A stretch of DNA of 64,000 bases from Candidatus Latescibacterota bacterium (GTDB taxonomy: Bacteria; Latescibacterota; UBA2968; GCA-2709665): positions 4,960,001 to 5,024,000 of the forward strand of contig OZ252100.1 of assembly GCA_965248435.1 (NCBI GenBank). The letters run 5' to 3'. Within the stretch, counting starts at the first letter, position 1, and each line of letters starts with the position of its first letter. The notes under the pieces were generated by a model. It saw only the letters and a list, made by a program, of their open reading frames with translations, was not told the DNA's origin and ran no database searches. Shown here piece by piece: positions 10,540 through 21,257 of this stretch. The translations under genes were made by a program, and so were the position numbers.

Positions 10540-10860
10540 ATGCCTCCGGCGTCCCGTCCGTCGGCTCGCCGTCTTCGATCACGAACTCGCCGTTGACGAA
10601 CACGAAGTCGATGCCGACGGGCTTCTGAACGTTTGCTACCGGTACCCAACTTTTCTTGCTCGCCCAAGAAAAGTTGGGCAAAAGAAGGGCGCCCCTCAGG
10701 CGCCGGGGAGGCTGATTTTTCCACGAACTCTCAGTGGCCTTAGAGAGGTTTGTGTCCTTGGATCGTTTGTGACGTCCATAAACGAAGGTGCTTGACGGAT
10801 AAGCGCGGAAAAATCCCACCCCTCCCCCCGAGGGAGACGCCTCGGCGGGGCATCTCTACG
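10540..10860 (+). repeat. Mosaic repeat cluster (deacylase-derived module, variant-4 module, REP)
   Basis: Modules shared with 1806-1900 and 22408-22530. Confidence 0.88.
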
Positions 10861-10885
10861 GGTGATGAATCGGGTCATTCCGCAA

Positions 10886-12076
10886 TTAGATAACGCCGAG
10901 GTTTTTACCCACGTCTTTAAATGCCGCGATCGCCCGATCGAGTTGCTCGCGCGTGTGCGCGGCCGAGAGCTGTACACGTATCCGGGCCTCTCCGCGGGGT
11001 ACGACGGGGAAGCTGAATCCGACGACAAAGATGCCCCTCTGATTGATGGCGCGCGCCATCTCCACGGTGCGGCGCTCGTCCCCGAGCATGATGGGCACGA
11101 TGGGATGGATGCCCGGGAGGATGTTGAATCCCAGGGAGGTCATTTGCTCCCTGAAGAAACGGGTATGTTCCATCAGGGTGTCCCTGAGCTCAGGGCTTTT
11201 CTCGGCCAGGTCGATGGCCTTGAGGGATGCAGAGACGATGGGCGGCGCCACGGTGTTGGAGAAGAGGTAGGGTCGGGATCGCTGTCTCAGATAGTCGATG
11301 ATTTCCTGGCGGCCCGTGGTAAACCCCCCGGACGCACCCCCCAGTGCCTTGCCGAGCGTGCTGGTGGTGACGTCGATCTGTTCAGAGACGCCGAAATGCT
11401 CGGGCGTGCCCCTTCCGGTGGGTCCAAGAAAGCCGGTCGCGTGCGAGTCATCCACCATGACCATGGCGTCGTATCGGTCGGCCAGGTCACAGATCGCATC
11501 CAGCGGAGCGAGGTCGCCCTGCATGCTGAAGACACCGTCCGTGGAGATCAGCTTGAACCGGACGGCATCGGCCGCTTTCAACTTGCTCTCCAGATCGGCC
11601 ATGTCCGAGTGCTGGTAAACGTTTCGCTGTGCCTTGCAGAGTCTGATGCCGTCGATGATGCTCGCGTGATTGAGGGCGTCGCTGAAGATCGCGTCTTCCG
11701 GAGTGAGGAGCGTCTCGAACAGTCCCGCATTGGCGTCGAAGCAGGAGCCATACAGGATCGTGTCTTCCGTTCCAAGAAAGCTGGAGATCCGTCGTTCCAG
11801 GGCCTTGTGGATGTCCTGTGTCCCGCAGATAAACCGGACCGAGGACATCCCGTAGCCGCGCGTCCGCATTCCGTCGACGGCCGCTTGGACCACCTCGGGA
11901 TGATTGGCGAGTCCCAGGTAGTTGTTCGCGCAAAAGTTGATGATTTCCCCATCCGCCGTCTCGATCCGGGATCCTTGAGCGGTGGTGATCTCTTTTTCAC
12001 CCTTATAGAGCCCGCTGTCCTGAATGATCTTCAGCTCTTCTTCGAGCCAGGATTTCACTTTCGCGTATGACGCCAA
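10886..12076 (-). CDS. kbl: Glycine C-acetyltransferase (2-amino-3-ketobutyrate CoA ligase)
   Basis: [30 protein letters not shown] (PLP lysine), [11 protein letters not shown]; TTG start after GAGGAGG. Confidence 0.95.
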   Translation of the reverse strand: MASYAKVKSWLEEELKIIQDSGLYKGEKEITTAQGSRIETADGEIINFCANNYLGLANHPEVVQAAVDGMRTRGYGMSSVRFICGTQDIHKALERRISSFLGTEDTILYGSCFDANAGLFETLLTPEDAIFSDALNHASIIDGIRLCKAQRNVYQHSDMADLESKLKAADAVRFKLISTDGVFSMQGDLAPLDAICDLADRYDAMVMVDDSHATGFLGPTGRGTPEHFGVSEQIDVTTSTLGKALGGASGGFTTGRQEIIDYLRQRSRPYLFSNTVAPPIVSASLKAIDLAEKSPELRDTLMEHTRFFREQMTSLGFNILPGIHPIVPIMLGDERRTVEMARAINQRGIFVVGFSFPVVPRGEARIRVQLSAAHTREQLDRAIAAFKDVGKNLGVI

Positions 12077-12168
12077 CAGAGACCTCCTCAAGACAAAAGT
12101 TCTTCACCAAATGCCGGCGAAGGCGCGGCGGATTTCGAGACAAATCACGTTTGACCCACGCAAGAACC

Positions 12169-12480
12169 GATGCCTCCGGCGGCCTACCCTTCGGCAAGCT
12201 CAGGGCATGCTTTTCTCGTCTCGCCACAAGAAAAGGCCTACCGCAACCGCCACCCTTGGGCACAGCGCGGCTGTGCCCCTACACTCCAGGATTTCGCCGC
12301 AGGGGCTCGGGCCGCGGCACCTCACCCTCAGTGGAAAGGACGGTGGCGGCAATCAGGGCGGGACTCCCGCCCCGCCTGACGCCCATTATGGGACCGGCCC
12401 AGAGGGCCTAACCGCGTGGGAGGTGAAAGAACGAGGTTGCATGGGAGTCGCACACCGCGGCCCTGATGGATTTGAGCGAT
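12169..12480 (+). repeat. Core repeat element, variant 2
   Basis: Matches 16010-16250, 29950-30190 and 32640-32880. Confidence 0.9.
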
Positions 12481-12747
12481 GCATTTCCCGAGTTTCAGAG
12501 CCGGCAACTGGGCGAGTTCTTAAAATCGAGTTCAGAATTACCCTAACTTCCAACATTCAGCGAAGCCAAGGGTGCTTCGAACCGGCGGATAATTTGCGGA
12601 ACGGTGGTCCAAAATAGGTGATAACCCCTCTAAAAGCAAGGTAGATATGAGCGACTCGAGGTGGGAGTTTCCTTGACTTCAATCCTGGCGATCCCGATAT
12701 TTGCGTTTCTTGAAATCCCCTTTTAATCCGATCTGAAAGGCGTTTGC

Positions 12748-14544
12748 ATGTTCACATTCACGACGCGTCCGGTCATCATGGGAAGACGGGGCGTTGTTAC
12801 ATCGGGGCACTACCTGGCGACGGCCGCCGGGTTTCGAATTATGGAACAGGGAGGCAACGCCATAGATGCCGCGGCATCGATGGCGTTCTGCTTGAATCTC
12901 CTCGAGCCGCACATGAACGGCATTGGTGGTGAGGTGCCCACGCTCATCTACTCCGCGAAGGAGCAGAAGACGTTTTCGATCAGCGGAATGGGCTGGTCGC
13001 CCAAGGCGTTTACGATATCGTGGTGCAAGGAGCGTGCGATCGACCTGATTCCGGGCGACGGCTACCTGCCGACGTGCGTGCCTGCGTCCGTGGACACCTG
13101 GGCGGTTGCCGTCTCGCGCTTCGGAACCCAGTCTTTTTCCGAGATCCTGCAGCCTGCCATCGAGCTCGCGAAGGAGGGATTTCCTCTTTACGAGACCCTG
13201 CGCGAACATTTGGAATCGGATGCGGAGTTCTATCTCGAGAGGTATCCCACAACGGCGGAGATCTACTGTCCCGGAGGGCGCATTCCGGAGGTCGGGGAGA
13301 TCATTCGGAATCCGGATTGGGCGGCGACGCTGGAGCTGATGTGCAGTGCCGAGCAGTCCGCAAAGGGGAATGGACGTGAGGCCGGGATCGAGGCCGCCCG
13401 AGACGTCTTCTACAAAGGAGAGATCGCGGAGCGGATGGTCGACTTCGCGCAGAACACTCCTGTGCTCGACGCCACCGGGGAGGAACACGCCGGACTTATC
13501 TCTTATGAAGACATCGCCGAGTGGCGCGCGGCTGTGGAAGCGCCGGTGAGCTTCCCGTTTCGCGGGCTGGACGTTCACAAATGTTCGTCCTGGACACAGG
13601 GCCCGGTCTTCCTGCAGCAGCTGGCCCTGCTGGATGGCTACGATCTGGCCGGGATGGGGCTCAACTCTGCAGACTACCTGCACACACTCATGGAGTGTGC
13701 CAAGCTGGCCTTCGCGGACCGCGAGGCCTACTACGGGGATCCACTTTTCGACCAGGTGCCGTTCGATGTGCTCCTCTCGCTGGACTACAACTCCGACCGG
13801 CGGAAACTTATCGGTCCGGATGCATCGATGGAGATGCGACCGGGGGACGTGGGAGAAGGCCTACCGGCGTTCGCGACCGTGGATGTGGTGGAGGACAATC
13901 GGAGGGCCATGGGCCTGGAGGGTGCGATTCGAGAGGTGTCACCCAAGAGCGGGAACCCGGGAGATACGACGCATCTGGACGCCGTGGATTCAGAGGGGAA
14001 TATGGTCGCCGCCACACCGAGCGGCGGATGGATCAAATCTTCTCCGGTCATCAAGGGCCTGGGGTTCCCTCTGGGCACCCGGGGTCAGATGTTTTACCTG
14101 AACGCGGATCGCCCGAATGCCCTGGAACCGCGCAAGCGTCCACGGGCGACGCTCACGCCTACGATGGTCACACGTCAGGGCAGGCCCTACATGGCGTTCG
14201 GCACGCCCGGGGGAGATACACAGGACCAGACGACGCTCCAATTCTTCCTGAATTATGAGATCTTCGGCATGAACATCCAGGAGGCAATAGACGCGCCGAC
14301 AGCACATTCGAGTCACTTCCCCTCCTCGTTTTACCCCCGCGCCTCCCATCCCGGGCACATGACGGCGGAAGGCCGGATCCCTTCCGATGTGATCGCGGAA
14401 CTTCGGAGACGAGGGCACGAGGTGGACATGACCGGAGACTGGGCGACCGGCAAGGTCATGGGGATTCGCTACGATGAAAAGAAGGGCGTGATCTGCGGTG
14501 GTGTCTCGCCGAGGCGGGCGGTGGGATATGCAATAGGTTGGTAG
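12748..14544 (+). CDS. ggt: Gamma-glutamyltransferase family protein
   Basis: GGNAIDAA, DTTHL nucleophile Thr, KRPRATLTP, GTPGGD. Confidence 0.9.
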   Translation: MFTFTTRPVIMGRRGVVTSGHYLATAAGFRIMEQGGNAIDAAASMAFCLNLLEPHMNGIGGEVPTLIYSAKEQKTFSISGMGWSPKAFTISWCKERAIDLIPGDGYLPTCVPASVDTWAVAVSRFGTQSFSEILQPAIELAKEGFPLYETLREHLESDAEFYLERYPTTAEIYCPGGRIPEVGEIIRNPDWAATLELMCSAEQSAKGNGREAGIEAARDVFYKGEIAERMVDFAQNTPVLDATGEEHAGLISYEDIAEWRAAVEAPVSFPFRGLDVHKCSSWTQGPVFLQQLALLDGYDLAGMGLNSADYLHTLMECAKLAFADREAYYGDPLFDQVPFDVLLSLDYNSDRRKLIGPDASMEMRPGDVGEGLPAFATVDVVEDNRRAMGLEGAIREVSPKSGNPGDTTHLDAVDSEGNMVAATPSGGWIKSSPVIKGLGFPLGTRGQMFYLNADRPNALEPRKRPRATLTPTMVTRQGRPYMAFGTPGGDTQDQTTLQFFLNYEIFGMNIQEAIDAPTAHSSHFPSSFYPRASHPGHMTAEGRIPSDVIAELRRRGHEVDMTGDWATGKVMGIRYDEKKGVICGGVSPRRAVGYAIGW

Positions 14545-14770
14545 GTTAGGCGGGATCACGAAGGGACACGAAATCCCACGAAGAATACGAAAGACAGCCA
14601 GGAGCGCCGGAGCTGGAGTAATGGGGGTATGGAGAAATGGAAAGGCAGGCTTTGGAGTACTCCATCACTCCAGTAGTGCAATACTCCAGGATCGGGAGGC
14701 TGAAAGGTTGCGGCATCGGACGAATCAAGTGACGAAGCAATAGAAAGGCAAACACATTGAGGGGATCAAC

Positions 14771-15529
14771 GTGAACATCAGACCTAACCGCGTTAAACGC
14801 AAACTGGACGCAGGTGAGATCGCGATCGTCGCGAACGGATTCGACCGGGCCGACGATGTGGATGCCTTCGGCCCGTGCGGTTTCGACGGCGCCTGGCTGG
14901 AAGGTGAGCACGGTCCCGTCGACGCCGCCACGATCGGAGACCTCACGCGGGCGTGCGATGTCTGGGGGATGACCTCCGTCGTTCGATTGAATCGGAACGA
15001 TCAGGCGTTGATCTACCGCACGTTCGATCTGGGCGCACAAGGGGTGGTCATTCCGCACGTAAACACGAAGGAGGAGGCAGAAAGCGTCGTAAAAGGCGGC
15101 AAGTTCCCTCCAGTCGGTCTCCGCGGTGTGTATACGGGGCGGCAGGGTTTCAGCGTTCCCGACTACCACCATATCGCAAACGACGAGACGCTGCTGATCA
15201 TCTTGATCGAGGATATCGTCGCGGTCCAGAACCTGGATGAGATCCTGGAGGTGGATAACATCGACGTGTTTCTTGTCGCACCCTCCGATCTATCGGCCTC
15301 CATGGGCCACATCGGAAACCTCCAACACCGGGAGGTCCAGAAGACGCTCGATGAGGCACACCAGAGAATCATCGCGAGCGGTCGGACGGCGGGCGCACTG
15401 GCGAAGAATGAAGATGTGGCGAGATACGTCTCCGCGGGTGCACGTTTTCTGCTGACGGCATCTAAACATTGGATCGCTGCCGGTGCGGCCGAGTTCAAAC
15501 AGCGTGCGGAAGAGGCGCAGAGCGGCTAG
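14771..15529 (+). CDS. HpcH/HpaI aldolase family protein
   Basis: EGEHG, DLGAQGVVIPHV, KFPPVGLRG, APSDLSASMG. Confidence 0.9.
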   Translation: MNIRPNRVKRKLDAGEIAIVANGFDRADDVDAFGPCGFDGAWLEGEHGPVDAATIGDLTRACDVWGMTSVVRLNRNDQALIYRTFDLGAQGVVIPHVNTKEEAESVVKGGKFPPVGLRGVYTGRQGFSVPDYHHIANDETLLIILIEDIVAVQNLDEILEVDNIDVFLVAPSDLSASMGHIGNLQHREVQKTLDEAHQRIIASGRTAGALAKNEDVARYVSAGARFLLTASKHWIAAGAAEFKQRAEEAQSG

Positions 15530-15603
15530 GATTGTGGCGGTGTCCGTTTGTCGGAATCCCTAATGCCCAACCCTGAGCCGGCCGACTTAAACGGCGAATT
15601 GGA

Positions 15604-16475
15604 TCCGGTAGGAGCCAGCTCCTGCTGGCGAACCCCTGAATGGGGATTCATATTCAGGGGGCGTATCAAACGAGGATCACAAGGTTCACAAAACAATGCC
15701 TCCGGCGGCCAACTTTTCTTGCTCGCCCAAGAAAAGTTGGACAAAAGAAGGGCTCCCCTCAAGTGCCGGGGAGGCTGACTTTTCCGCGAACCGTCTCAGT
15801 GACCCTAGAGATATTTGTGTCCTTGGATCTTTTGTGGTGTCCACAAACGGGAGTGCTTGACGGATAAGCGCGGAAAATTCCCACCCCACCCCACGAGCAG
15901 AGTGAATAAAATTGTATCCGGTAGGAGCCAGCTCCTGCTGGCGAACCCCTGAATGGGGATTCATATTCAAGGGGCGTATCAAACGAGGATCACAAGGTTC
16001 ACAAAACAATACCTCCGGCGGCCAACTTTTCTTGCTCGCCCAAGAAAAGTTGGACAAAAGAAGGGCGCCGCTCAAACGCCGCGGGGGCTGGGGCCGCGGC
16101 ACCTCACCCTCAGTGGAAAGGACGGTGGCGGCAATCAGGGCGGGACTCCTGCCCCTCCTGACGCCCACTATGGGACCGGCCCAGAGGGCCTAACCGCGTG
16201 GGAGGTGAAAGAACGAGGTTGCAAGGGAGTCGCACACCGCGGCCCTGATGGGTTTCAGTGATCCTTTTCGTGGAGTACACCTCGTCTAGTGGATGAGTAG
16301 GGTGGATCTGACGAGATACGCTTCACGAGATACGAGATGCGGTAACAAAGTCCCCTCTTAGGTCGGGGTGGGTTACGATCGCGGCGCCGGACATGAATTT
16401 CCAAAGCGGGGAGTAGTCTCTTCGCAAAAGGCATACTTCCCCCTTTCCGAAAGGGGGACTGAGGGGGATTTCAAA
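15604..16475 (+). repeat. Mosaic repeat cluster (tandem leader copies; variant 4 then variant 2)
   Basis: 15604-15760 repeated at 15917-16073, each followed by a different module. Confidence 0.9.
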
Positions 16476-16531
16476 TTGAATCACGATGACTCTTCAGATT
16501 ATTTGAGCAGGGTAAAGCCCGGGTCCAACAC

Positions 16532-17542
16532 ATGGCGAACAACCAACTAAGCGCGGCGGTGATCGGGTTAGGGGTCGGTGGCAGGCATATCACCGCCTAC
16601 AGAGAGGCCGGTGCGGACGTGCTGGCCATTTGCGACACGGACGAGGACATCCTTGGACAGGTCGGGGATGTTTATGGGATAGCGGATCGCTATACCGATT
16701 TTCGTGAGCTGGGGATGCGGGACGACATCGATGTCGTGTCCGTATGCACCCCCGCTCATCTGCACACCGATCCCGCCGTGGCGATGATGGCTTCAGGGAA
16801 GCACGTCCTTATCGAAATGCCGATGGCTTCTACTTTCGAGGATATAGAACGGATCGTAGACACGGCGCGGCGGACGAACCGGAAGGTGATGCACGGAGGT
16901 CAGGTCGCGTACAGCGAGGCATTCGACGAGATCAAGCGAGGGGTGACGTCAGGCGAATTTGGTGATGTCTACTACGCCGAGGGGGATTACATCGCCAGCC
17001 GTTTGGATCTGCTGCGGGGCGGGTGGCGGCAGCATCTCCGTTCGAACTATAACGTCGTCGCGGACCGGGGCGTCGTACCCATAGACGTAGTGCAGTGGAT
17101 CGTTGACGATGCCCCCACGGAGGTTATGGCATACGGGAACGGAATCGCCGGGCGTGGAGAAGGGCTTAAGGCCACCGACTGCATCCTCTCCATGATTCGC
17201 TTCGAGGGTGGGTGCATTGCAAAATCGCTCGTCACGATGGGTGCCGCGAGGCCGGGGTTCAGGAATCTGCAGATCTATGGAACGAAGAAGACGTATGTGA
17301 CCGAACCCTCACCTCCGGGTCACCTCCTCTCGGATGCAGAGTCGCGCAGGTGGACGCATCTCGAGTTCAAGGAGGATCGACGTGACGCACGGAGGTCGTT
17401 GATCGCGGACCTGTTGTGGGCGATCAAGACAGATACCGAGCCCCGGGCGAGCCTGGTTCAGGCGGCGCGCACGGCGGGGATCTGCGCGGCGGCGTTCGAG
17501 TCATTGAAGGCGGGAAGGCCAGTTAAAGTGCCACAGTTTTAG
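16532..17542 (+). CDS. Gfo/Idh/MocA family oxidoreductase
   Basis: VIGLGVG, CTPAHLH, GKHVLIEMP. Confidence 0.88.
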   Translation: MANNQLSAAVIGLGVGGRHITAYREAGADVLAICDTDEDILGQVGDVYGIADRYTDFRELGMRDDIDVVSVCTPAHLHTDPAVAMMASGKHVLIEMPMASTFEDIERIVDTARRTNRKVMHGGQVAYSEAFDEIKRGVTSGEFGDVYYAEGDYIASRLDLLRGGWRQHLRSNYNVVADRGVVPIDVVQWIVDDAPTEVMAYGNGIAGRGEGLKATDCILSMIRFEGGCIAKSLVTMGAARPGFRNLQIYGTKKTYVTEPSPPGHLLSDAESRRWTHLEFKEDRRDARRSLIADLLWAIKTDTEPRASLVQAARTAGICAAAFESLKAGRPVKVPQF

Positions 17543-17544
17543 GT

Positions 17545-18460
17545 CCGCGAACCGTCTCAGTGACCCTGGAGATATTTGTGTCCTTGGATCTTTTGTGGTG
17601 TCCACAAACGGGAGTGCTTGACGGATAAGCGCGGAAAAGTCCCACCCCACCCCACGGGCATCGTGAATGAAATTGTATGCGGTAGGAGCCAGGAACCTCT
17701 GAATGGAGCTTTCATATTCAAGAGCCATATCAAACGAGGATCACAAGGTTCACAAAACAATGCCTCCGGCGGCCTACTTTTCTTGTCTCGCCACAAGAAA
17801 AGTAGGCAAAAGAAAGGCGCCGCTCAGGCGCCGCGGGGGCTTTGGCCGCGGCACCTCACCCTCAGTGGCATAAACAGTCCACGGCAGGAAGGCCAAATCC
17901 TCACCACGCGCTCACGATCACTGAGGAACCAACCCGCTGGGATGAGAAATGGTCTGGTTGCATGGGAGTCGCACACCGCGGCCCCGACGGTTTTGAGCGA
18001 TGACATTGCTTTCGTTCAATTCTTCCCCCTTTGGAAAAGGCCTGTCCCGAGCGAGCATGCGAGTCGAGGGAGGGACTGAGGGGGATTTCAAGATGCATCA
18101 CGCATGGGAGTCGCACACCGCGGCCCCCGAGGCCTGGGGTGGGTTTGCGAACGACGAATCGGTCGTGTCCCACAGGACACGACCTGAGACGATCCACGAT
18201 CGACGGCCTTTAGCCTCCGGCGGAGAGGGCAGTCCCCTCCTGGGTCGGGGTGGGTCACAATAGGGTTTCTGCCCAATCAGACCCACCCCTAGATCGCCGT
18301 CAAGGAGGGCACTTTAGTATTCGCACCAGATGCTTTCCGGGGTGTCCCGAAGGCCTGCCCCTGCAAGATTTAAGCAGGGGGACAGAGTGGGTTACGATTG
18401 CGGATTTGGGATTGGGGAATGAAAACCCAACCTCACCGCAGAGGCGCAGAGATCGCAGAG
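17545..18460 (+). repeat. Mosaic repeat cluster (variant 4, variant 1, solo right end, G/C-run hairpins)
   Basis: Modules recur across the window. Confidence 0.9.
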
Positions 18461-18471
18461 GAAAAATCGAA

Positions 18472-18822
18472 ATGCCATCAAGGCCAAGCAAATCGCTAGA
18501 AACGTTCGATAATCCCTATCCCGACCGGAACTATACGATCGAGTTTGCCTGTCCCGAGTTCACTTCGATCTGTCCGAAGACGGGGCAGCCCGATTTCGGG
18601 AAGATCGTGATTCGGTACGTGCCGGGGCGAAAATGCATCGAGTTGAAGTCGCTCAAGCTCTACATCTGGTCCTACCGGGACGAGGGCGTATTTTTCGAGG
18701 AGGCCACGAACAGGATCCTGGATGACCTTGTGGCCGCCTGCGAACCTGTCGAGATGACTGTCGTAGGGACATTCAACGTCCGGGGCGGTATTTCCCACGA
18801 GGTTACCGCTAAATTTCCATAG
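18472..18822 (+). CDS. queF: PreQ1 synthase (type 1 nitrile reductase)
   Basis: [29 protein letters not shown]. Confidence 0.95.
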   Translation: MPSRPSKSLETFDNPYPDRNYTIEFACPEFTSICPKTGQPDFGKIVIRYVPGRKCIELKSLKLYIWSYRDEGVFFEEATNRILDDLVAACEPVEMTVVGTFNVRGGISHEVTAKFP

Positions 18823-18861
18823 CCGTGACTCTTCCTTCCCAATCTGCTACCACAATCCTCC

Positions 18862-20109
18862 ATGAATCCTAACTTCGTGATCAGCCGGCAGCTCCAGGAT
18901 CGTAATCCATCAGGAAAAGGCTTCGTACAGGCTGCGGCCTCCCTTTGCCTGGTCGTCGGGATTTTGCTGTTCGGACCCTCTGCCGGGTTCAGCCAGGCTG
19001 AGTACGGTGCGGAGAAGCCGGTTTCGATTTTGATGGACTGTCGAAAGGGGATCGGACTCATCCCGAGCGTCTGGCGGGGTCTCTCGGTCCAGGACGGGAC
19101 GATTCCTGACGGGCTGGGCACGAAGGTCGCACGTCTCGGCCCGGAATGGACCGAGAAGGTGTGGGGGCCCGCCCTGCTCGGGGGCAAGGCAGACTGGGTG
19201 CTGCTAGACGCGACGCTCAACGCACTGAAGGCCAAGGGATTAGAGCTGATCCTGTCGATGCCGATGCCCTCAGGCAAACAGGAGGCAGAGGCCTGGTCGG
19301 AGCTTGTTTTTGAAACCGCACGCCGCGGCGCAGGCCGGGTCTGGGCGTTCGAGGTCGGCGTGGGTCAGTCGGCGAGTCCGTTGGAGCAGTTGATGCCGCT
19401 GTTCGAGTCCGGGGTGTGGGCGATCTACCGTGCCGAACCGGAAGCGAGGATCGGCGGGATGGGTTTCAGATGGGGTGACGAGAGGGCGGGGGAGTTCATC
19501 TCGCGATGCAGGAAGCTGGACCTGCCGTTGAGGTTCGTTACCTGGCAGTTGGACGCCGCCCTGCCCGAAGATCTGGAACGGTCCGTGCGTGCGATCCAGG
19601 GAGAGATCGACCGGCAGGGATTCAGAGAAAAACCGGGCATGTTGATCAGCAAGTGGCGGCAGAATCCGACCTCCAAGATCAATCCGGTCGTGTTGACCGT
19701 GTCGTCGGTGGTGCGCGCACTCGGAACTGACCTCGAAGTCGTCTGCTTCGACGCAGTTGATGGGGGTCAACGAGATGCGCTGCAGGCGTTCGAGAATCTG
19801 GGCGGCGTCAGGCTGCCCCTGCAAGTCGAGCCGATCGACGCGGGTGTGGAAGGGATCTCTACCCTGGAAGGGGAGGAGGTGCTTGCGGTTTTCTGGCACC
19901 GGCGTCCGATCGGAGAGTTGCCCATCTCCATAACCGTAACCGGACTTCCCTGGGGTCGACGGGTAAGGATTCAGAAGCGCAGGATCGGGAAGGACTACGA
20001 AGAGAATCTTCTGGAAGAGGCCTTTCAGGAGATGGAGGAACCGCTCGAGGTGAGGCTCTCCCTCCCCGCGGGCTGCCTGACCTTCGTCCGGCTCAGCGTG
20101 GAGCAGTAG
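18862..20109 (+). CDS. Secreted GH39-like protein, probably non-catalytic
   Basis: Signal-peptide-like N-terminus; GH39-like segments (W..LD..L, PEARIGG, PLRFVTW) but no NEP motif. Confidence 0.5.
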   Translation: MNPNFVISRQLQDRNPSGKGFVQAAASLCLVVGILLFGPSAGFSQAEYGAEKPVSILMDCRKGIGLIPSVWRGLSVQDGTIPDGLGTKVARLGPEWTEKVWGPALLGGKADWVLLDATLNALKAKGLELILSMPMPSGKQEAEAWSELVFETARRGAGRVWAFEVGVGQSASPLEQLMPLFESGVWAIYRAEPEARIGGMGFRWGDERAGEFISRCRKLDLPLRFVTWQLDAALPEDLERSVRAIQGEIDRQGFREKPGMLISKWRQNPTSKINPVVLTVSSVVRALGTDLEVVCFDAVDGGQRDALQAFENLGGVRLPLQVEPIDAGVEGISTLEGEEVLAVFWHRRPIGELPISITVTGLPWGRRVRIQKRRIGKDYEENLLEEAFQEMEEPLEVRLSLPAGCLTFVRLSVEQ

Positions 20110-20133
20110 CCCAGGTTTCTGGGAGGCCGAAAT

Positions 20134-20958
20134 CTACGCCATCAGGCCTCGAAGGAATTCGGCCGACCGAACGGCGGCATCTTTCGGGGGTAGATTCCCT
20201 CCGAAGGCTTGGTGAAGGGTCACGTATCCGTCGTATCGTATGGCCTTGAGCCCTTCGAATACGCTCTGGAAGTCGACGCCTCCGGGTTCCTCCAGGGGAC
20301 GCGTGGTGGACATGGTTTTTCCTCCGACCCAGGTCTCGATCTCTCGATCCCCGTTCGGATCCGGTACATGGTTCTGGAGGTAGACGTTGACTAGGTAGGG
20401 CTCGAAGGCCTTCAGCGCTGCGGGTCCATAATCTTCCAGGCAGAGTGCCAGGTTTGCCGGCTCGTAGATGATTCCGAAGTTGGACCTTCCCACCTTCGCC
20501 AGCACCTCAAGCGAGCCCTGAACGGTTTCGAACAGGCTGCGCGTGTGGCTCTGATGCGCAAGTCGGATGCCTCTCTCCCGCGCTTCATCCGACGCCTTTT
20601 GCGCAAAACCGATGTCCGCCTCTTCTTTCATACATATTCGAATCAGATCGCTTCGGAGCGTCTTCGCCAGGTCGAGGTGAGGGGTAATGTTCCGGAGACA
20701 GCCCGGACCCGCTTCCCGATTCTCCGGCACCGCGAAGTCTCCGGTGACCATCGAGACTTCCAGACCCAGGCGATCAAACTCCTTCCGCACTTCCACCGCC
20801 TTCTCCTCCGGGTCCTCTACTCCGACGAACGCGGCGCGCATACAGATCGCCTGATATCCAGCATCCCTGGCGATCCGGGCCAGCTCGGGCAGCTGGATGT
20901 CGACATCCCGCTTGTTGGAAAAGCTTTCTGCAACGCGCGCTGATAGTGAGAGTTTCAC
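20134..20958 (-). CDS. Sugar phosphate isomerase/epimerase family protein
   Basis: TIM-barrel pattern (NFGIIYEPANL, GGVDF...L..IRYDGYVT). Confidence 0.75.
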   Translation of the reverse strand: MKLSLSARVAESFSNKRDVDIQLPELARIARDAGYQAICMRAAFVGVEDPEEKAVEVRKEFDRLGLEVSMVTGDFAVPENREAGPGCLRNITPHLDLAKTLRSDLIRICMKEEADIGFAQKASDEARERGIRLAHQSHTRSLFETVQGSLEVLAKVGRSNFGIIYEPANLALCLEDYGPAALKAFEPYLVNVYLQNHVPDPNGDREIETWVGGKTMSTTRPLEEPGGVDFQSVFEGLKAIRYDGYVTLHQAFGGNLPPKDAAVRSAEFLRGLMA

Positions 20959-21257
20959 GGGAAGGCCTCCCTGGGTCGCCGTTTGGGTGGAGATTGCGTA
21001 ACTGTCGATGTCTTAGCAAGTTAATTCGGTTCTAGAACGATTGTCAATCGAAAGAACAGGATCCGGGTCAGTTAGGGACGGTCAACCCACCCTGGCGGGG
21101 AGCCCGCTCCGAATTTTCGAAGAATCCGGGTTAACTTACTGTAGAATATTAAAATAGGGCTCAAATTTCCACCGGAACTGGACATTGGGTTTGCCGGATG
21201 CCCAAATTTTTAATATATTATGTCTTACCATTTCGAGGAAGAAGGGACGTCGCGCCA

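Noticed and set aside
10862-12070. Long antisense or alternative-frame ORFs (also 37487..38815, 40098..41441, 61836..63593, 62339..63814)
   Set aside because: Shadows of high-GC genes that have clear family motifs in another frame
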